Source: Squalus acanthias
Taxonomy: Eukaryota
Length of the DNA stretch: 64,000 nucleotides
Assembly: GCA_030390025.1 (NCBI GenBank)
Contig: JASTWF010000121.1
Location: forward strand, 310,001 to 374,000
Direction of reading: 5' to 3'
The position numbers and the translations under genes were made by a program. The notes below the pieces were generated by a model, which was not told where the DNA came from, ran no database searches, and saw only the letters and a list, made by a program, of their open reading frames with translations. How positions within the stretch are numbered: the first letter of the stretch is position 1; the number at the start of each line of letters is the position of its first letter. Positions 37,727-50,302 of the stretch are shown here, piece after piece.

Positions 37727-38072
37727 AATGTTAAAGTAAGACCCCATTATATCTGATGTACCTGACACTCAAGGCTGTTAACTTGCCAGATATAAAGGGG
37801 GCAATTTTAAGCAAACCCGCCCGTTGGACACTGATGGACTCGGGTGCAATACTGGTTTTAAAACCCGCCCGATTTTACTGTCCATTGAAGAATAATATTG
37901 GGTGGAGAGTAAAACTGACTTTCCATCCGATCCCGTCAGTGTCCCGACTGGTCAGTTCGGATAAAATTACGCCCAAGGACTCTAATCTAAACTAACTCTG
38001 CTGGTTTTCTGTCAATCTTGGACATTGAGCTTACTGAAGCTGCCGTGAGTGTAACGTTCTGATATTTTACAG

Positions 38073-38223
38073 AAGAATCATCCGACAATCATTCCTGGAT
38101 GTCCGATCTTACTTTTATTAGCATGGGCACAATTCTGGGCTTCGTTGTCTTATTCTGCATTCTTCTGGGGTCATTGTTCCTCGTAAAACAAAGGATGCGC
38201 TTGGCAAAGAGCTCAACACAAGG
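38073..38223 (+). CDS. Cassette B transmembrane exon (TM2)
   Basis: gatattttacag|...|gtaaat, phase 1 to 2. Encodes (E)ESSDNHSWMSDLTFISMGTILGFVVLFCILLGSLFLVKQRMRLAKSSTQ: an uncharged TM followed by a basic stop-transfer. The phase matches the V exon donor. Confidence 0.88.
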
Positions 38224-39208
38224 GTAAATACAATTCCATCTCGTGTCTGATACTGTTGCAGCACAGAGTCATTATTTGATAATTCGCTGATTTTGATGAG
38301 CAAACATACTTCCATTGGACTGCACAGTCCCATTGCAAGTCGTGTGATCTGCTACTGTTGAGACCATCGCATGTCCAGATGCCCAACTGCTGTCCGTTAT
38401 CTCCAACTCCGTCATGGCATCGCCCTTACCCCAGCACCGGCCCAGAGACACCCGCTAGTTAGAGTCCAATGGGTGAAGCACTGAACATCACCCTGCAGGA
38501 CCCCCTGTAGGAGCCGGCTCATTTCCCACCTACCCCACCTGACCAGCTATCTCCGAGTGTCGGTCTAGTGCCCGCGGCTCACTGGCCGCACGGCGCCTCA
38601 TGGTGACAAGAACAAGCGCTCGGCTCAACCAGTCCGTGTTGGCATTTACCCTCCACACCAACTAATAGTCTGAATCACATTTACCCGCCCTGTTCCCATC
38701 TCCCTTCATCCCCTTTTCCTTCATCCCCCTCTCCAATCTAATCTCCAATGTTGACAGTTTCTGCCTCAAGCACTAACCCTGGGGGTGAATCCCACAGCCT
38801 CACAATACTCTGTGTGAACAGATTTCACCAGCCCGCCGCTCTAAATCTCTGACATTTAATCTTCTATCTCTGGCCCCTCATTCTTTGCCACTTAACTACA
38901 GGTAACAGTCTGCTTCTATCTACCCTGTCCCATCTTGTCAGAATTTGAAACAACTCGATCATATCGCCCCGTAATCTGCAGTGTTCTAATGAAGAAAACA
39001 ATTTCTCAAGTCCTTCTTTGTATTTATATTTCCTCATATCAGGCAGCATCCCAGTGAATCTGTGCTGTTCCCTCGCTGAAGCCTCGATATCCTTCCTATA
39101 GTGGAGCCCAATACTGCACACAGTCCTCTAACTGGTGGCCCATCTGCCAGCACCTGCCCCCTCTGCCCTCCTCCTGCGGAGTGCCGGCCGCGATCACTCA
39201 GCCTGACG

Positions 39209-42180
39209 CTCCTCTAGAGTGCCGGGCTCTCCTCTACAGTGCCGGGCTCTCCTCCACAGTGCCGGGCTCTCCGCTACAGTGCCGGGCTCTGCTCTAGAGT
39301 GCCGGGCTCTCCTCTACAGTGCCGGGCTCTCCTCTACTGTGCCGGGCTCTCCTCTACAGTGCCGGGCTCTCCTCTACAGTGCCGGGCTCTCTTCTACAGT
39401 GCCGGGCTCTCCTCTCGAGTACTGGGCTCTCCTCTACAGTGCCGGGCTCTCCTCTACAGTGCCGGGCTCTCCTCTACAGTGCCGGGCTCTCCTCTACAGT
39501 GCCGGGCTCTCCTCTACAGTGCCGGGCTCTCCTCTAGAGTGCCGGGTTCTCCTCTACAGTGCCGGGCTCTCCTCTACAGTGCCGGGCTCTCCTCTACAGT
39601 GCCGGGCTCTCCTCTAGAGTGCCGGGCTCTCCTCTACAGTGCCGGGCTCTCCTCTACAGTGCCGGGCTCTCCTCTACAGTGCCGGGTTCTCCTCTCGAGT
39701 GCCGGGCTCTCCTCTACAGTGCCGGGCTCTCCTCTACAGTGCCGGGCTCTCCTCTACAGTGCCGGGCTCTCTTCTACAGTGCCGGGCTCTCCTCTACAGT
39801 GCCGGGCTCTCCTCTACAGTGCCGGGCTTTCCTCTACAGTGCCCGGCTCTCCTCTAGAGTGCCGGGCTCTCCTCTAGAGTGCCGGGCTCTCCTCTACAGT
39901 GCCGGGCTCTCCTCTACAGTGCCGGGCTCTCCTCTACAGTGCCGGGCTCTCCTCTACAGTGCCCGGCTCTCCTCTAGAGTGCCGGGCTCTCCTCTAGAGT
40001 GCCGGGCTCTCCTCTACAGTGCCGGGCTCTCCTCTCGAGTGCCGGGCTCTCCTCTACAGTGCCGGGCTCTCCTCTACAGTGCCCGGCTCTCCTCTAGAGT
40101 GCCGGGCTCTCCTCTAGAGTGCCGGGCTCTCCTCTACAGTGCCGGGCTCTCCTCTACAGTGCCGGGCTCTCCTCTACAGTGCCGGGCTCGTTTGCCGACA
40201 CCCTGCTCCCCGGTGGTCCAGCAGGGCCTCGGTGCGCGCTGCGCTAGGCCCCTCCCCTTTAATCAGGGGAGGGAGGCCTGTAGTACCACGGCGCTACCTG
40301 CTGACACGTGTGGCGCTGCTGCACATAGCGCCGCGATATTCATTGGTAGCGCCCCAAGAGGGAGGGGCAGCGCTTCCAGTAGCCCTGCCTCCTGCTTGGG
40401 GCGCTACCATTCAATTTAGGGGGCAGGGGCGCTAACTTTTTTGGGGTGCTAAAAGTAGCGTCGCAAAGGGGGCACGACCCAATTTTCCCCCCTCTACCAC
40501 TTGAGATAAAACCTATAATTTCATTCACTTTTTTACAGCCTGATTACCCTGAAGTGCTGCCTTTAATGTAAAAAGTAGAGTTTAGACTAGAAGGGGGCTA
40601 AATTTGGTTGTTCCACTCGCGCCTGGGCGCGGTGCCGCTAACGCCTCCCACAAAATTCAGCGGGAGGTTAGCGGTGGTGCTGCACCGCCAGAAATGACGT
40701 CATCGCTGTGCGCAGCACCCCACTTGCGCCCCGGCTGTAATATTGGCTGGTGCCCCCTGACATACCGCCGGTCGCTATGTCCGCCGGGGTCAGGGGGGCC
40801 CTACCTGCGGCCGGGGCAGCGTTAGTTAAAGGGGAGGTGGTGGGCAGACATTTCTGTTGCTAACCGCCTGCCAGCATCTGCCCTCTAGAGTGCCGGGCTC
40901 TCCTCTACAGTGCCGGGCTCTCCTCTACAGTGCCGGGCTCTCCTCTACAGTGCCGGCCTCTCCTCTAGAGTGCCGGGCTCTCCTCTAGAGTGCCGGGCTC
41001 TCCTCTACAGTGCCGGGCTCTCCTCTACAGTGCCGGGCTCTCCTCTAGAGTGCCGGGCTCTCCTCTACAGTGCCGGGCTCTGCTCTACAGTGCCGGGCTC
41101 TCCTCTACAGTGCCGGGCTCTGCTCTACCGTGCCGGGCTCTAAACTACAGTGCCGGGCTCTGCTCTACAGTGCCGGGCTCTGCTCTGCAGTGCCGGGCTC
41201 TCCTCTAGAGTGCCGGGCTCTCCTCTACAGTGCCGGGCTCTGCTCTACAGTGCCGGGCTCTGCTCTACAGTGCCGGGCTCTCCTCTACAGTGCCGGGCTC
41301 TCCTCTAGAGTGCCGGGCTCTCCTCTAGAGTGCCGGGCTCTCCTCTGGAGTGCCGGGCTCTCCTCTAGAGTGCCGGGCTCTCCTCCAGAGTGCCGGGCTC
41401 TGCTCTACAGTGCCGGGCTCTCGTCTAGAGTGCCGGGCTCTGCTCTACCGTGCCGGGCTCTCCTCTACAGTGCTGGGCTCTCCTCTACAGTGCCGGGCTC
41501 TCCTCTACAGTGCCGGGCTCTCCTCTACAGTGCCGGGCTCTGCTCTACCGTGCCGGGCTCTGCTCTACAGTGCCGGGCTCTGCTCTACAGTGCCGGGCTC
41601 TCCTCTAGAGTGCCGGGCTCTCCTCTACAGTGCCGGGCTCTGCTCTACAGTGCCGGGCTCTGCTCTACAGTGCCGGGCTCTCCTCTCCAGTGCCGGGCTC
41701 TCCTCTGGAGTGCCGGGTTCTCCTCTACAGTGCCGGGTTCTCCTCTACTGTGCCGGGCTCTCCTCTACACTGCCGGGCTCTCCTCTACAGTGCCGGGCTC
41801 TCCTCTACAGTGCCGGGCTCTGCTCTACAGTGCCGGGCACTCCTCTACAGTGCCGGGCTCTCCTCTACAGTGCCGGGAACTCCTCTACAGTGCCGGGTTC
41901 TCCTCTACAGTGCCGGGCTCTCCTCTGGAGTGCCGGGTTCTCCTCTACAGTGCCGGGTTCTCCTCTACAGTGCCGGCCTCTCCTCTACAGTGCCGGGCTC
42001 TCCTCTAGAGTACCGGGCTCTCCTCTGCAGTGCCGGGCTCTCCTCTAGAGTGCCGGGCTCTCCTCTGGAGTGCCGGGCTCTCCTCTACAGTGCCGGGCTC
42101 TCCTCTGGAGTGCCGGGCTCTCCTCTGGAGTGCCGGGCTCTCTCTGGAGTGCTGGGCTCTCCTCTACAGTGCCGGGCTCG
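39209..42180. repeat. 20-bp minisatellite (cctctacagtgccgggctct) in two blocks, 39209-40189 and about 40881-42180, inside related GC-rich MITE copies
   Basis: Direct inspection; both blocks are followed by homologous sequence (tttgccg...tttaatcaggggag...ggcgctaactttt). Confidence 0.95.
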
Positions 42181-44043
42181 TTTGCCGGCACTCCCGATCC
42201 CTGGTGGCCCAGCTGGGCCCCGGGACGCGCTGCGCCAGGCCCCTCACCTTTAATCAGGGGAGAAAGGCCTGCAGTACCACGGCGTGATGTGCCGCAGCGC
42301 TTGGCACATCGCAGCTTCCAGTCGCGCCCCTCCACCCTCTCGGGGCGCTACTGGGAAAATTGGCCGTTGGGGCGCTAACTTTTTCGGGGCCCCAAAGGGG
42401 GCGCTACCCAATTTTTACCCCGTAGTGTCCTGGCATTCCCACTAGGAATCCCGGGGTTTCTTTGTTATGGAGAAGGAGGAGGACGAGGAGGTGGAATCGG
42501 GTAGATTGAAGGATTTTAGAGTGAGGCATCACAAAAGACATTTGTTCCCTGCACCCAGAGACCCAATCACTAGGGCTTGCAGACCAAGAAGGTTTCATCT
42601 GGTCTTCTCTGGATGTCAGTGAACGCTGTGCTTCCCTCCCCAGAGAGCTTTGGGCTGATAGGTCACCTGCTATCTGAAGACCGACAGCCCATTTTACCAG
42701 AAAAACACTGTAGCTTTGAAAGTCACCACTACCTTGAATTTCTCTGTAACTGGATCCTTGCTCTGTGCTCTGTAGACATCAGGAAGCCGAGCCCTGCTCA
42801 CGGGTATTTGCCAGCATGTGTCTGAATGCTGATGAAATGTTTACTGTTAGTAAAGGACGGCCAGTCTTAGTGGATCTGAACTAACATTAAAAACATAAAA
42901 AGACTTTCCAGTACACACCCTGAGAACTATTTTTAAACTTTATTTTTGAAATGTGAAATGTTGTCTTTGCACAGGTTGCAATTATACTGCAGTGACTGTG
43001 AAGTGAAAGTAGTGTGAAAGCACACAGAGCCAAGGCGAATCCTCAATTCAGTGGTTCGGGGGCAGTTCTCCTGCACACGTTGCATTGCTTTGATGCTGAA
43101 ATCACAATCAGGGACAGAATCCAACACAAGTTAACTGGATCAGATTTGCCATGATCTGTGTGTTATAAAGAAGTCCACTCTTTCTCAAAGTATGACGGGC
43201 TCTGCGCTTATTGGGTTGAGTAGATCAGAGTAAAGTCGCGATCCTGAACTCCCGGGAGAAAGTTGCACAAAGGGAACTCGATGGGAAGACTGGGACTAGT
43301 GTTTACACCTTGTCCCCAACCCAAGCTCCCTTTGTGCACAGCTCCCACTGTTGGGGTTTTTCTCACTCTTTTTTGGGTATGAGAAGTAAGAATCGACCGA
43401 GGCTGAAATACTTTTCTAAATTAATGGTTTATTGACATTAACACACAACAGTTTTACAGATAAAGATGCTTACAACCTTATCCGGGTGTCTAACTCGGAA
43501 GCAAGGGCCCTCACTCCTTCTCGGAGACTGAGGGTTAATTCTTCATTGCTGTCATCTTTCAACTGCTTCTTGTTCTAACTCCTAGAAATGGCTGTAAAAT
43601 GGCTGGTTTATATTCTCTTGCTGGTGTTTATGGCAGTTTCTCACAGTTCCCAAGGTCCAGCCAGACAGCTGTCCTTTCTCTAACCTCGGTCTTAGCTCCC
43701 CAAAAGCACAGCTAGTTTCTTGAACAACACTTTCCCTCCCACAGCCTGAAGGAATAATAACATGCTTGAACTTGGTCAAGCTTCCCAGCGTGCCTTCTGG
43801 TTTTGGTCAAGTTTAACAGTTCTGTGTTCTTTCCTCTATTGATATGAAATTCTGCTCTTCTAGCAAGTAATCTAGCGTTTCAAGCCCATCCTTTTAATCT
43901 TCCTTAAAAGCTGGTATTAAAAGTCCATTTTGAAAAGTCCCAAATCCTTCACCACCAAGAGCGTGAGCATTACAGCATTGTACTGTGGTAAAGATGCAGT
44001 GAATGAATCTCTTATGTTTATCTGATGTGTGCCATTTATTTAG

Positions 44044-44087
44044 GACCACTGATGAAGACCAGAACATTGTATACGCAACGCTGAATG
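44044..44087 (+). CDS. Cassette B cytoplasmic exon 1 (ITIM IVYATL)
   Basis: catttatttag|...|gtaagt, phase 2 to 1. Encodes (G)TTDEDQNIVYATLN. Confidence 0.88.
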
Positions 44088-44489
44088 GTAAGTAAATAAA
44101 TTCAATGGTTATTGCAACATGTGCCGGGAATTACTCTCAATCCCAGATGTCCCTTTGTGCTGTCAGGTTCATGATGTCATTAACCTGCTATTAATTAGAC
44201 CAATTCATTTGTCTGATTGACAAAATGAATCATGAAATGTTGGAAACTTCCATCCCACGATCCTATCAGAGTGAAGGTGTGAGGAGGTGATAGGAGGCTT
44301 CCCCTTGCCTTGTGGCTACAGGTTGAAGTGTCCCCTCAGGATGGCAATGCTGCAGAGACATTGACCCCAAAATGCACGAGCCTCCAGGCACAGAAGGCCC
44401 AGGACACAGGACACAGGACACAGCCTCCCGGAATCCACCAGCACATAGAACCACACTTTTGTCGGTCTGATATTGTCACTTCTCAGGGC

Positions 44490-44897
44490 AGCTGCTTGGA
44501 ACAGAGGAGGTGAAGAGGTGACCTAATAGAGGATTTCAAGATGATGAGAGGTTTGGATCGAGTAGATCGAGAAAAACTCTTCCCTCTGGCGAGTGGGTCA
44601 ATAACCAGAGGTCACAGATTTAAAATCATTGGCAAAAGATCTGGAGGGGAGATGAGGAGAGATGTTTTCACTCAGAGAGTTGTGGGGATCGGGAACGCTC
44701 GACCTGAGAAGGTGGTGGAAGCTGATCCCATCAATAATTTGAAAAGGGAGTTGGACGGGTTCTGGAGGATGAGGCACTGACAGGGTTACGGACAAACAGC
44801 GGGGGTGTGGGACTGAGCACCACTGCTCTTTCAAAGAGCCAGCACAGGCACGATGGGCCGAATGGCCTCCTTCTGTGCTGTTAGATTCTATGATTCT
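44490..44897 (+). mobile_element. CR1 3' fragment
   Basis: MRGLDRVDREKLFPL...TRGHRFK...FTQRVV; tail gggccgaatggcctcc. Confidence 0.9.
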
Positions 44898-45089
44898 ACA
44901 ATGAAGGTTATAATGGAGTGCAGCTAATGAAGAGTGGTCCTCGTATCTCCCACCAGCTGCACTCCTATAATGTAAAACTGCCCCGAGTGATCCCGCAGTA
45001 TTATTTTTCATTCGCCATCTTCCCGTGTTTAAAGAGCTCGACCTGTGCACGGATCGATTCTGAAGGAACATCATTGTATTTTCTTTCAG

Positions 45090-45133
45090 ATCAAACACGG
45101 ACCAGCAACCAAACAGCCGCTTCTCCTGTCATG
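45090..45133 (+). CDS. Cassette B cytoplasmic exon 2 (spacer)
   Basis: tattttctttcag|...|gtaagg, phase 1 to 0. Encodes (D)QTRTSNQTAASPVM. Confidence 0.8.
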
Positions 45134-45741
45134 GTAAGGGATCGGGTCTCAGCTGCTGTTTGTGCTGAATGTTTAACACACTTCAGGTTTACTAAAATAT
45201 TCCAAAGCATGAAACACATCTATTGAACAGGAGGAACTTGATATGAAATATTACCAATCATTCCTTGTAACAAATGTAATGTGTCTGTGTTATTCAACAG
45301 GGGCTGAAAGAAAATAATCAAAGATCAGAAGTTCACACATAAATGATTTGCCTTATTTATTATCTGACTACATGTTAAATGTACGGAGATGTCCACATAT
45401 TTACTGTGCCCGGGAAATTCTCTCACACATTGCAAGATTGAGGCCACAGACAGCTTGGGGGCGATTTTCGCCCAATACTTTGAGGTGGCCAATTTGGGAT
45501 CTTAAGCTGAAAGGCCGGTTTAGCCCGCGGTTAGCGCAAGACTTGGTGTAAGAGTTGTAGCCAGTGCTAGGAACGGCCGCCCGGAGGATCGTGAAACAGC
45601 TGATTGCCACTTAAAGTGCCTGCTAGCGCTCAGGAAAGAGGCTGCACGGCCTTTTTGGTAGCTCACACTTCAACTAAAGCCCTCTCCTAACAGCGACTCG
45701 CTATTTGGGAGTAAACATGGCATTGATGTCGATTTCAATCA

Positions 45742-45843
45742 CTACTTAAAGGGATACTCACCATTTAAAGGGATACTCAACATTTAAAGGGATACTCACC
45801 ATTTAAAGGGATACTCACCATTTAAAGGGATACTCACCATTTC
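45742..45843. repeat. 19-bp tandem repeat (atttaaagggatactcacc), about 5 copies
   Basis: Direct inspection. Confidence 0.9.
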
Positions 45844-46219
45844 ATGGTCCTTGCTGCTGGAGCTGTGACGAGGACCTCTGAAACACATCGGGAGTCTTTC
45901 AAGGAGACTTTGTCAAGACGACACCAACACTCCAGCAACATTTATTCCGGAAATACTCTGAGGACTTCACCTAAAAAGAGTCAGTGCTGTGCTACTCCAG
46001 CTTATTGGACAACTTATAGGAGTCACCAGGAGAAAGGGAGTGCTTGGTCATCAGCATCTTGCTCGGGGTTGACAGGGAGGAAGACATGAGGCCAGGCAGA
46101 GCATCACCGGCTGCTACAGGAGAGAGGGACAGTTGAGCGTGGTGGTGTCCTTCCCCCTGTGGGTTCAGGACATCCATCCTCCTCCTCCAGGACCTACAGT
46201 GCCGCATCCGAGAACCCGT

Positions 46220-46663
46220 GCGTCCTCTCCCTCAATCCCCAAGCCCTCTCCCTCGATCCCCGAGCCCTCAGTCCCTGAGTCCTCTCCCTCAGTCTCTGAG
46301 CCCTCTCCCTCGGTCCCTGAGCCCTCTCCCTCGGTCCCTGAGTCCTCTCCCTCGGTCCCTGAGCCCTCTCCCTCGGTCCCTGAGTCCTCTCCCTCGGTCC
46401 CGGAGCTCTCGGTCCCTGAGTCCTCTCCCTCAGTCCCTGAGCCCTCTCCCTCGGTCCCTGAGTCCTCTCCCTCGGTCCCTGAGCCCTCTCCCTCAGTCCC
46501 TGTGTTCTCTCCCTCGGTCCCTGAGCCCTCTCCCTCAGTCCCTGAGCTCTCGGTCCCTGAGCCCTCTCCCTCGGTCCCTGAGTCCTCTCCCTCGGTCCCT
46601 GTGTTCTCTCCCTCGGTCCCTGTGTTCTCTCCCTCGGTCCCTGAGCCCTCTCCCTCGGTCCCT
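46220..46663. repeat. 21-bp minisatellite (gagccctctccctcggtccct)
   Basis: Direct inspection. Confidence 0.95.
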
Positions 46664-48138
46664 AAAGCCTGAAAATTGAGTGCTTTTCAAACAGGCATGC
46701 CTTATTAGCACAGCACACATTTAGTGCCAGTTTTCACCCTTTTGGCCAAAATAACCCCCAGTGACTTGTGAAGGTTGTAGTTAGATCATTTTCTCAAATT
46801 CATCAGCTCATGGATCTGTGACCAAGCTGTTAAATTTGTTAAACATATTTTGGGCGTCTTTAAGTTTTCAGCACATTCTACCTGGCCGGATATTGCGGTC
46901 AGCGGTGAACTTGCGTACAGACTTTCTATGGGCTCGTGCACTGGACCTTGCTGTGATTAGAAAGCCATTTCAGCACAGCGCCCTCTACAGAGCAAGCAAC
47001 TGTGTGCCTCTTTAACCAATCAGATTGAAGAATCAGTACTGAGCCGTGCAGAGTCTGAACCAGGAAGTGTCAGTTAACAATATTTCATTCAATGCCAAAT
47101 CATGTACAGAGAGGGAGAGAAAGATGGGATTAAGAGAGAGAGATAAAAGAGACAAAGAAAAAGTAAAAAAAGTTATTCCTTTTTATGTTTTTTAAATCTC
47201 CAACAATAATTAAAGGCTGAAGCAATGAGACTTCACACGTGTAAAAGTTAATTTTCAGTGCTGGAGAGGTTGTTTGGCTGTAATTAAGACTTACCACGCT
47301 GTTAAAAATTACTTACACTGGAATGGACAAGCCCTAACTTGTTCTGGTGATTTTAGTTTGTATTTATAAGGTAAGTACAGCAATTCACGCCGGTCCATAT
47401 GTTTCAATGGTGATTCTCTCGGCGAGATAGCGGTGTAGCGAAGCTTCTGGAGGAGCAGGGCATCTCGGACGGCAACTTCCTGATTTCCGCGTATGTGTGG
47501 TCGCCGCAGGTTGCTCTCCAATTTACACTTGAATTACGGTGAGCGTTGATTGCCTGACCGTTATTTCTACCGCAAATTCCTCAATGCAAACCGACTGCAC
47601 CAGTTGCCATTGTGTTTGTGTACAGTCTGTGGAAACTCTTACACAGTCTCACGTCCCCATTGTGAACTGAACATCAAGTTGGTCTTTGAAAATGTAGTTA
47701 GTTCCTTTTATGTAACAGGTTGTCTACAACATGTCCCATTGCATGTAATGCCATCAATGACTGTAGACTCCTCACTATAATGGAGCAGGTTAATTGTGTT
47801 GTACTTTAAATTTCATAACATTTCTCCATTGTAGAAAGTACAGAAGCTGTTTTACAGAATGTGCGTGTAGTATCTGTGAAACGTGTAACCTTGACAGAAA
47901 ATTCATCCATTTAAGGAATTTGTGGCTAAAATATTCCTTTCGAGTTTCCTTCAAGAAGCTGGAACATACAGACCAGCCATGGTTCAGGAAGATTCAATCT
48001 CTGCTCTGCTCCGAGTTAGCTGATCCCAGCTGGGGTAGAGACAGGCATGTTACAATCGGCCTCAGTACCATAGATTAATTAAGGGAAATTGAGCCAGAGT
48101 TAAAAACTCATTCTTGATGGCTATCCAGCATTCATTAG

Positions 48139-48605
48139 GTGTCTCCCGTGGCTCAGTGGGCAGCACTCTCGCCACTGAAACAGAAGGTCGTGGGTTCGAG
48201 TCCCCACTCCGGAGACTTGAGCACTAAATCCAGGCTGACAATCCAGTGCAGTGCTGAGGGAGTGCTGCACCGTCGGAGGTGCTGTCGTTCGGATGAGATG
48301 TTAAACCAAGGCCCTGTCTGCCCTCTCGGGTGATCGTAAAAGATCCTATGGCACTATTTCGAAGAAGAGCAGGGGAGTTCTCCCCAGTGTCCTGGCCAAT
48401 ATTTATACCTCAACCAACATCACTAATGTAAATTAACTGGTCATTATCACCTTTCTGTTTTGTGGGAGCTTGCTGTGCGCAAACTGGCTGCTGCGTTTCC
48501 TACATTACATCAGTGACTACACTTCAAAAGTACTTCATTGGCTGTAAAGTGCTTTGGGATGTCCTGAGGTCATGAAAGGCGCTATGTAAATGCAAGTCTT
48601 TATTT
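48139..48605 (+). mobile_element. Full-length tRNA-derived DeuSINE (SacSINE1-like)
   Basis: A box gtggctcagtgg, B box ggttcgagtcc, Deu-type core, aaatgcaagtct tail. Confidence 0.85.
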
Positions 48606-48789
48606 CCCTCTTTCCTTCCTTCCTTCTTTTCTTCCCCTTCGTTCCTTCCCTTTTCTGCTTTCGACTTTGGATAATGGCTGGATCAGGCTCGCTTGTGATG
48701 GTCTCAATAAAATAGCCAGCCGATATTCATCATTAAAGCTCACGGGTGAATAATGGCCATCAGAGTGACCAGCGCCAATAAAAGCCCAT

Positions 48790-49882
48790 CCCAGCAACCA
48801 ATCAATATCTTCCCGAGTTCCACCAGGACCACTCAGTTCCTGACTTCATTACAGCCTTGGTCCAAATCATGGACAAAAGAGCTGAATTCCAGAGGCGAGG
48901 TGAGAGTGACGGCCCTTGACATCAAAGCAGCATTTGACTGAGTGTGACATCAAGGAGCCCCAGTAAAATTGAAGTGGGGATGTTCGCTGATGATTGCACA
49001 GTGTTCAGTTCCATTTGCAACCCCATAGATAATGAAGCAGTCCATGCCCGCATGCAGCAAGACCTGGACGACATTCAGGTTTGGGCTGATAAGTGGCAAG
49101 TAACATTCACGCCACACAAATGCTAGGCAATGAATATTTCCAAAAAGTGTGAGTCTAACCACCGCCCCTTGACATTCAACGGCATTACCATCGCTGAAAC
49201 ACAACCACCGACATCCTGGGGGTCACCACTGACCAGAAACTTAACTGGACCAGCCACATAAATACTGTGAGAACAATTGCAGGTCAGAGGCTGGGTATTC
49301 TGCGGCGAGTGTCTCACCTCCTGACTCCCCAAAGCCTTTCCACCATCTACAAGGCACAAGTAAGGAGTGTGATGGAATAATCTCCACTTGCCTGGATGAG
49401 TGCATCTCCAACAACACTCAAGTAGCTCGACACCATCCAGGACAAAGCAGCTCGCTTGATTGACACCCCATCCACCACCTTAAACATTCACTCCCTCCAC
49501 CACCGTCACACCGTGGCTGCAGTGTGTACCATCTACAAGATGCACTGAAGATACTCGCCAAGGATTCTTCGGCAGCACCACCCAAACCCGCAACCTCGAC
49601 CGCCTAGATAGACAAGGGCAGGAGGCGCATGGGAACATCACCACCTCCAAGTTCCCCTCCAAGTTACACACCATCCTGATTTGGAAGTATATCGCCAATC
49701 CTTCATCGTCGCTGGGTCAAAATCCTGGAACTCCCTCGCTAACAGCACTGTGGGAGCACCTTCACCACACGGACTGCAGTGATTCAAGAAGGTGGCTCAC
49801 CACCACATTCTCAAGGGCAACTAGGGATGTACAATAAATGCTGGCCTTGCCAGCGACGCCCACATCCCACAAACAAATAAAA
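48790..49882 (+). mobile_element. 3' part of the second LINE family (RT); an older copy lies at about 52330-53180
   Basis: ALDIKAAFD, MFADD; same tail as 12060-12113. Confidence 0.9.
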
Positions 49883-50059
49883 GAGGAAACCAGCAAAAGA
49901 GAAGAAATCATTCAGCTTACAATAATACACGCAGCTAATATATTTGCAACAGTGATTTATCGAAGAAATAAAAATAAATAATTCAATCTATTCACCAGCA
50001 GGCAATCTTTCACCACATATACGAAATAACCAATGACTGATGTTTTTATTGTATTGCAG

Positions 50060-50176
50060 TTGGATGAGGTAGAAATCCATTATGCTGTGCTTCAACTGAC
50101 TCGACAAGGCACCGTGCAGCTGACAGCGACAGTTACTGAAGGTACCTCAGAGTATGCAGCTGTGAAACGTACATAA
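50060..50176 (+). CDS. Cassette B terminal exon (ITIM IHYAVL and ITIM/ITSM-like SEYAAV)
   Basis: tttttattgtattgcag| phase 0. Encodes LDEVEIHYAVLQLTRQGTVQLTATVTEGTSEYAAVKRT followed by TAA. Confidence 0.9.
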   Translation: MDEVEIHYAVLQLTRQGTVQLTATVTEGTSEYAAVKRT

Positions 50177-50302
50177 TCACCTGAACTTCGTCAAAAAGGT
50201 CATTCAGTAACTGTGCCAGATGTCAATCAAAGAGGCACACAAACATAATAAACATGTAATGTCGACAGGCCCAGGGTCCCACACAAATATAGAGCGCATG
50301 TC

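Noticed and set aside
39219-42253. ORFs across the 20-bp repeat
   Set aside because: Periodic artefacts of the tandem repeat.
46133-46679. Mucin-like PEPSPSV ORF as a receptor stalk
   Set aside because: It is a 21-bp minisatellite inside a transposon relic, has no convincing splice sites, and lies downstream of the TM exons.
48139-48215. tRNA gene
   Set aside because: It is the tRNA-derived head of a SINE and continues into the SINE body.
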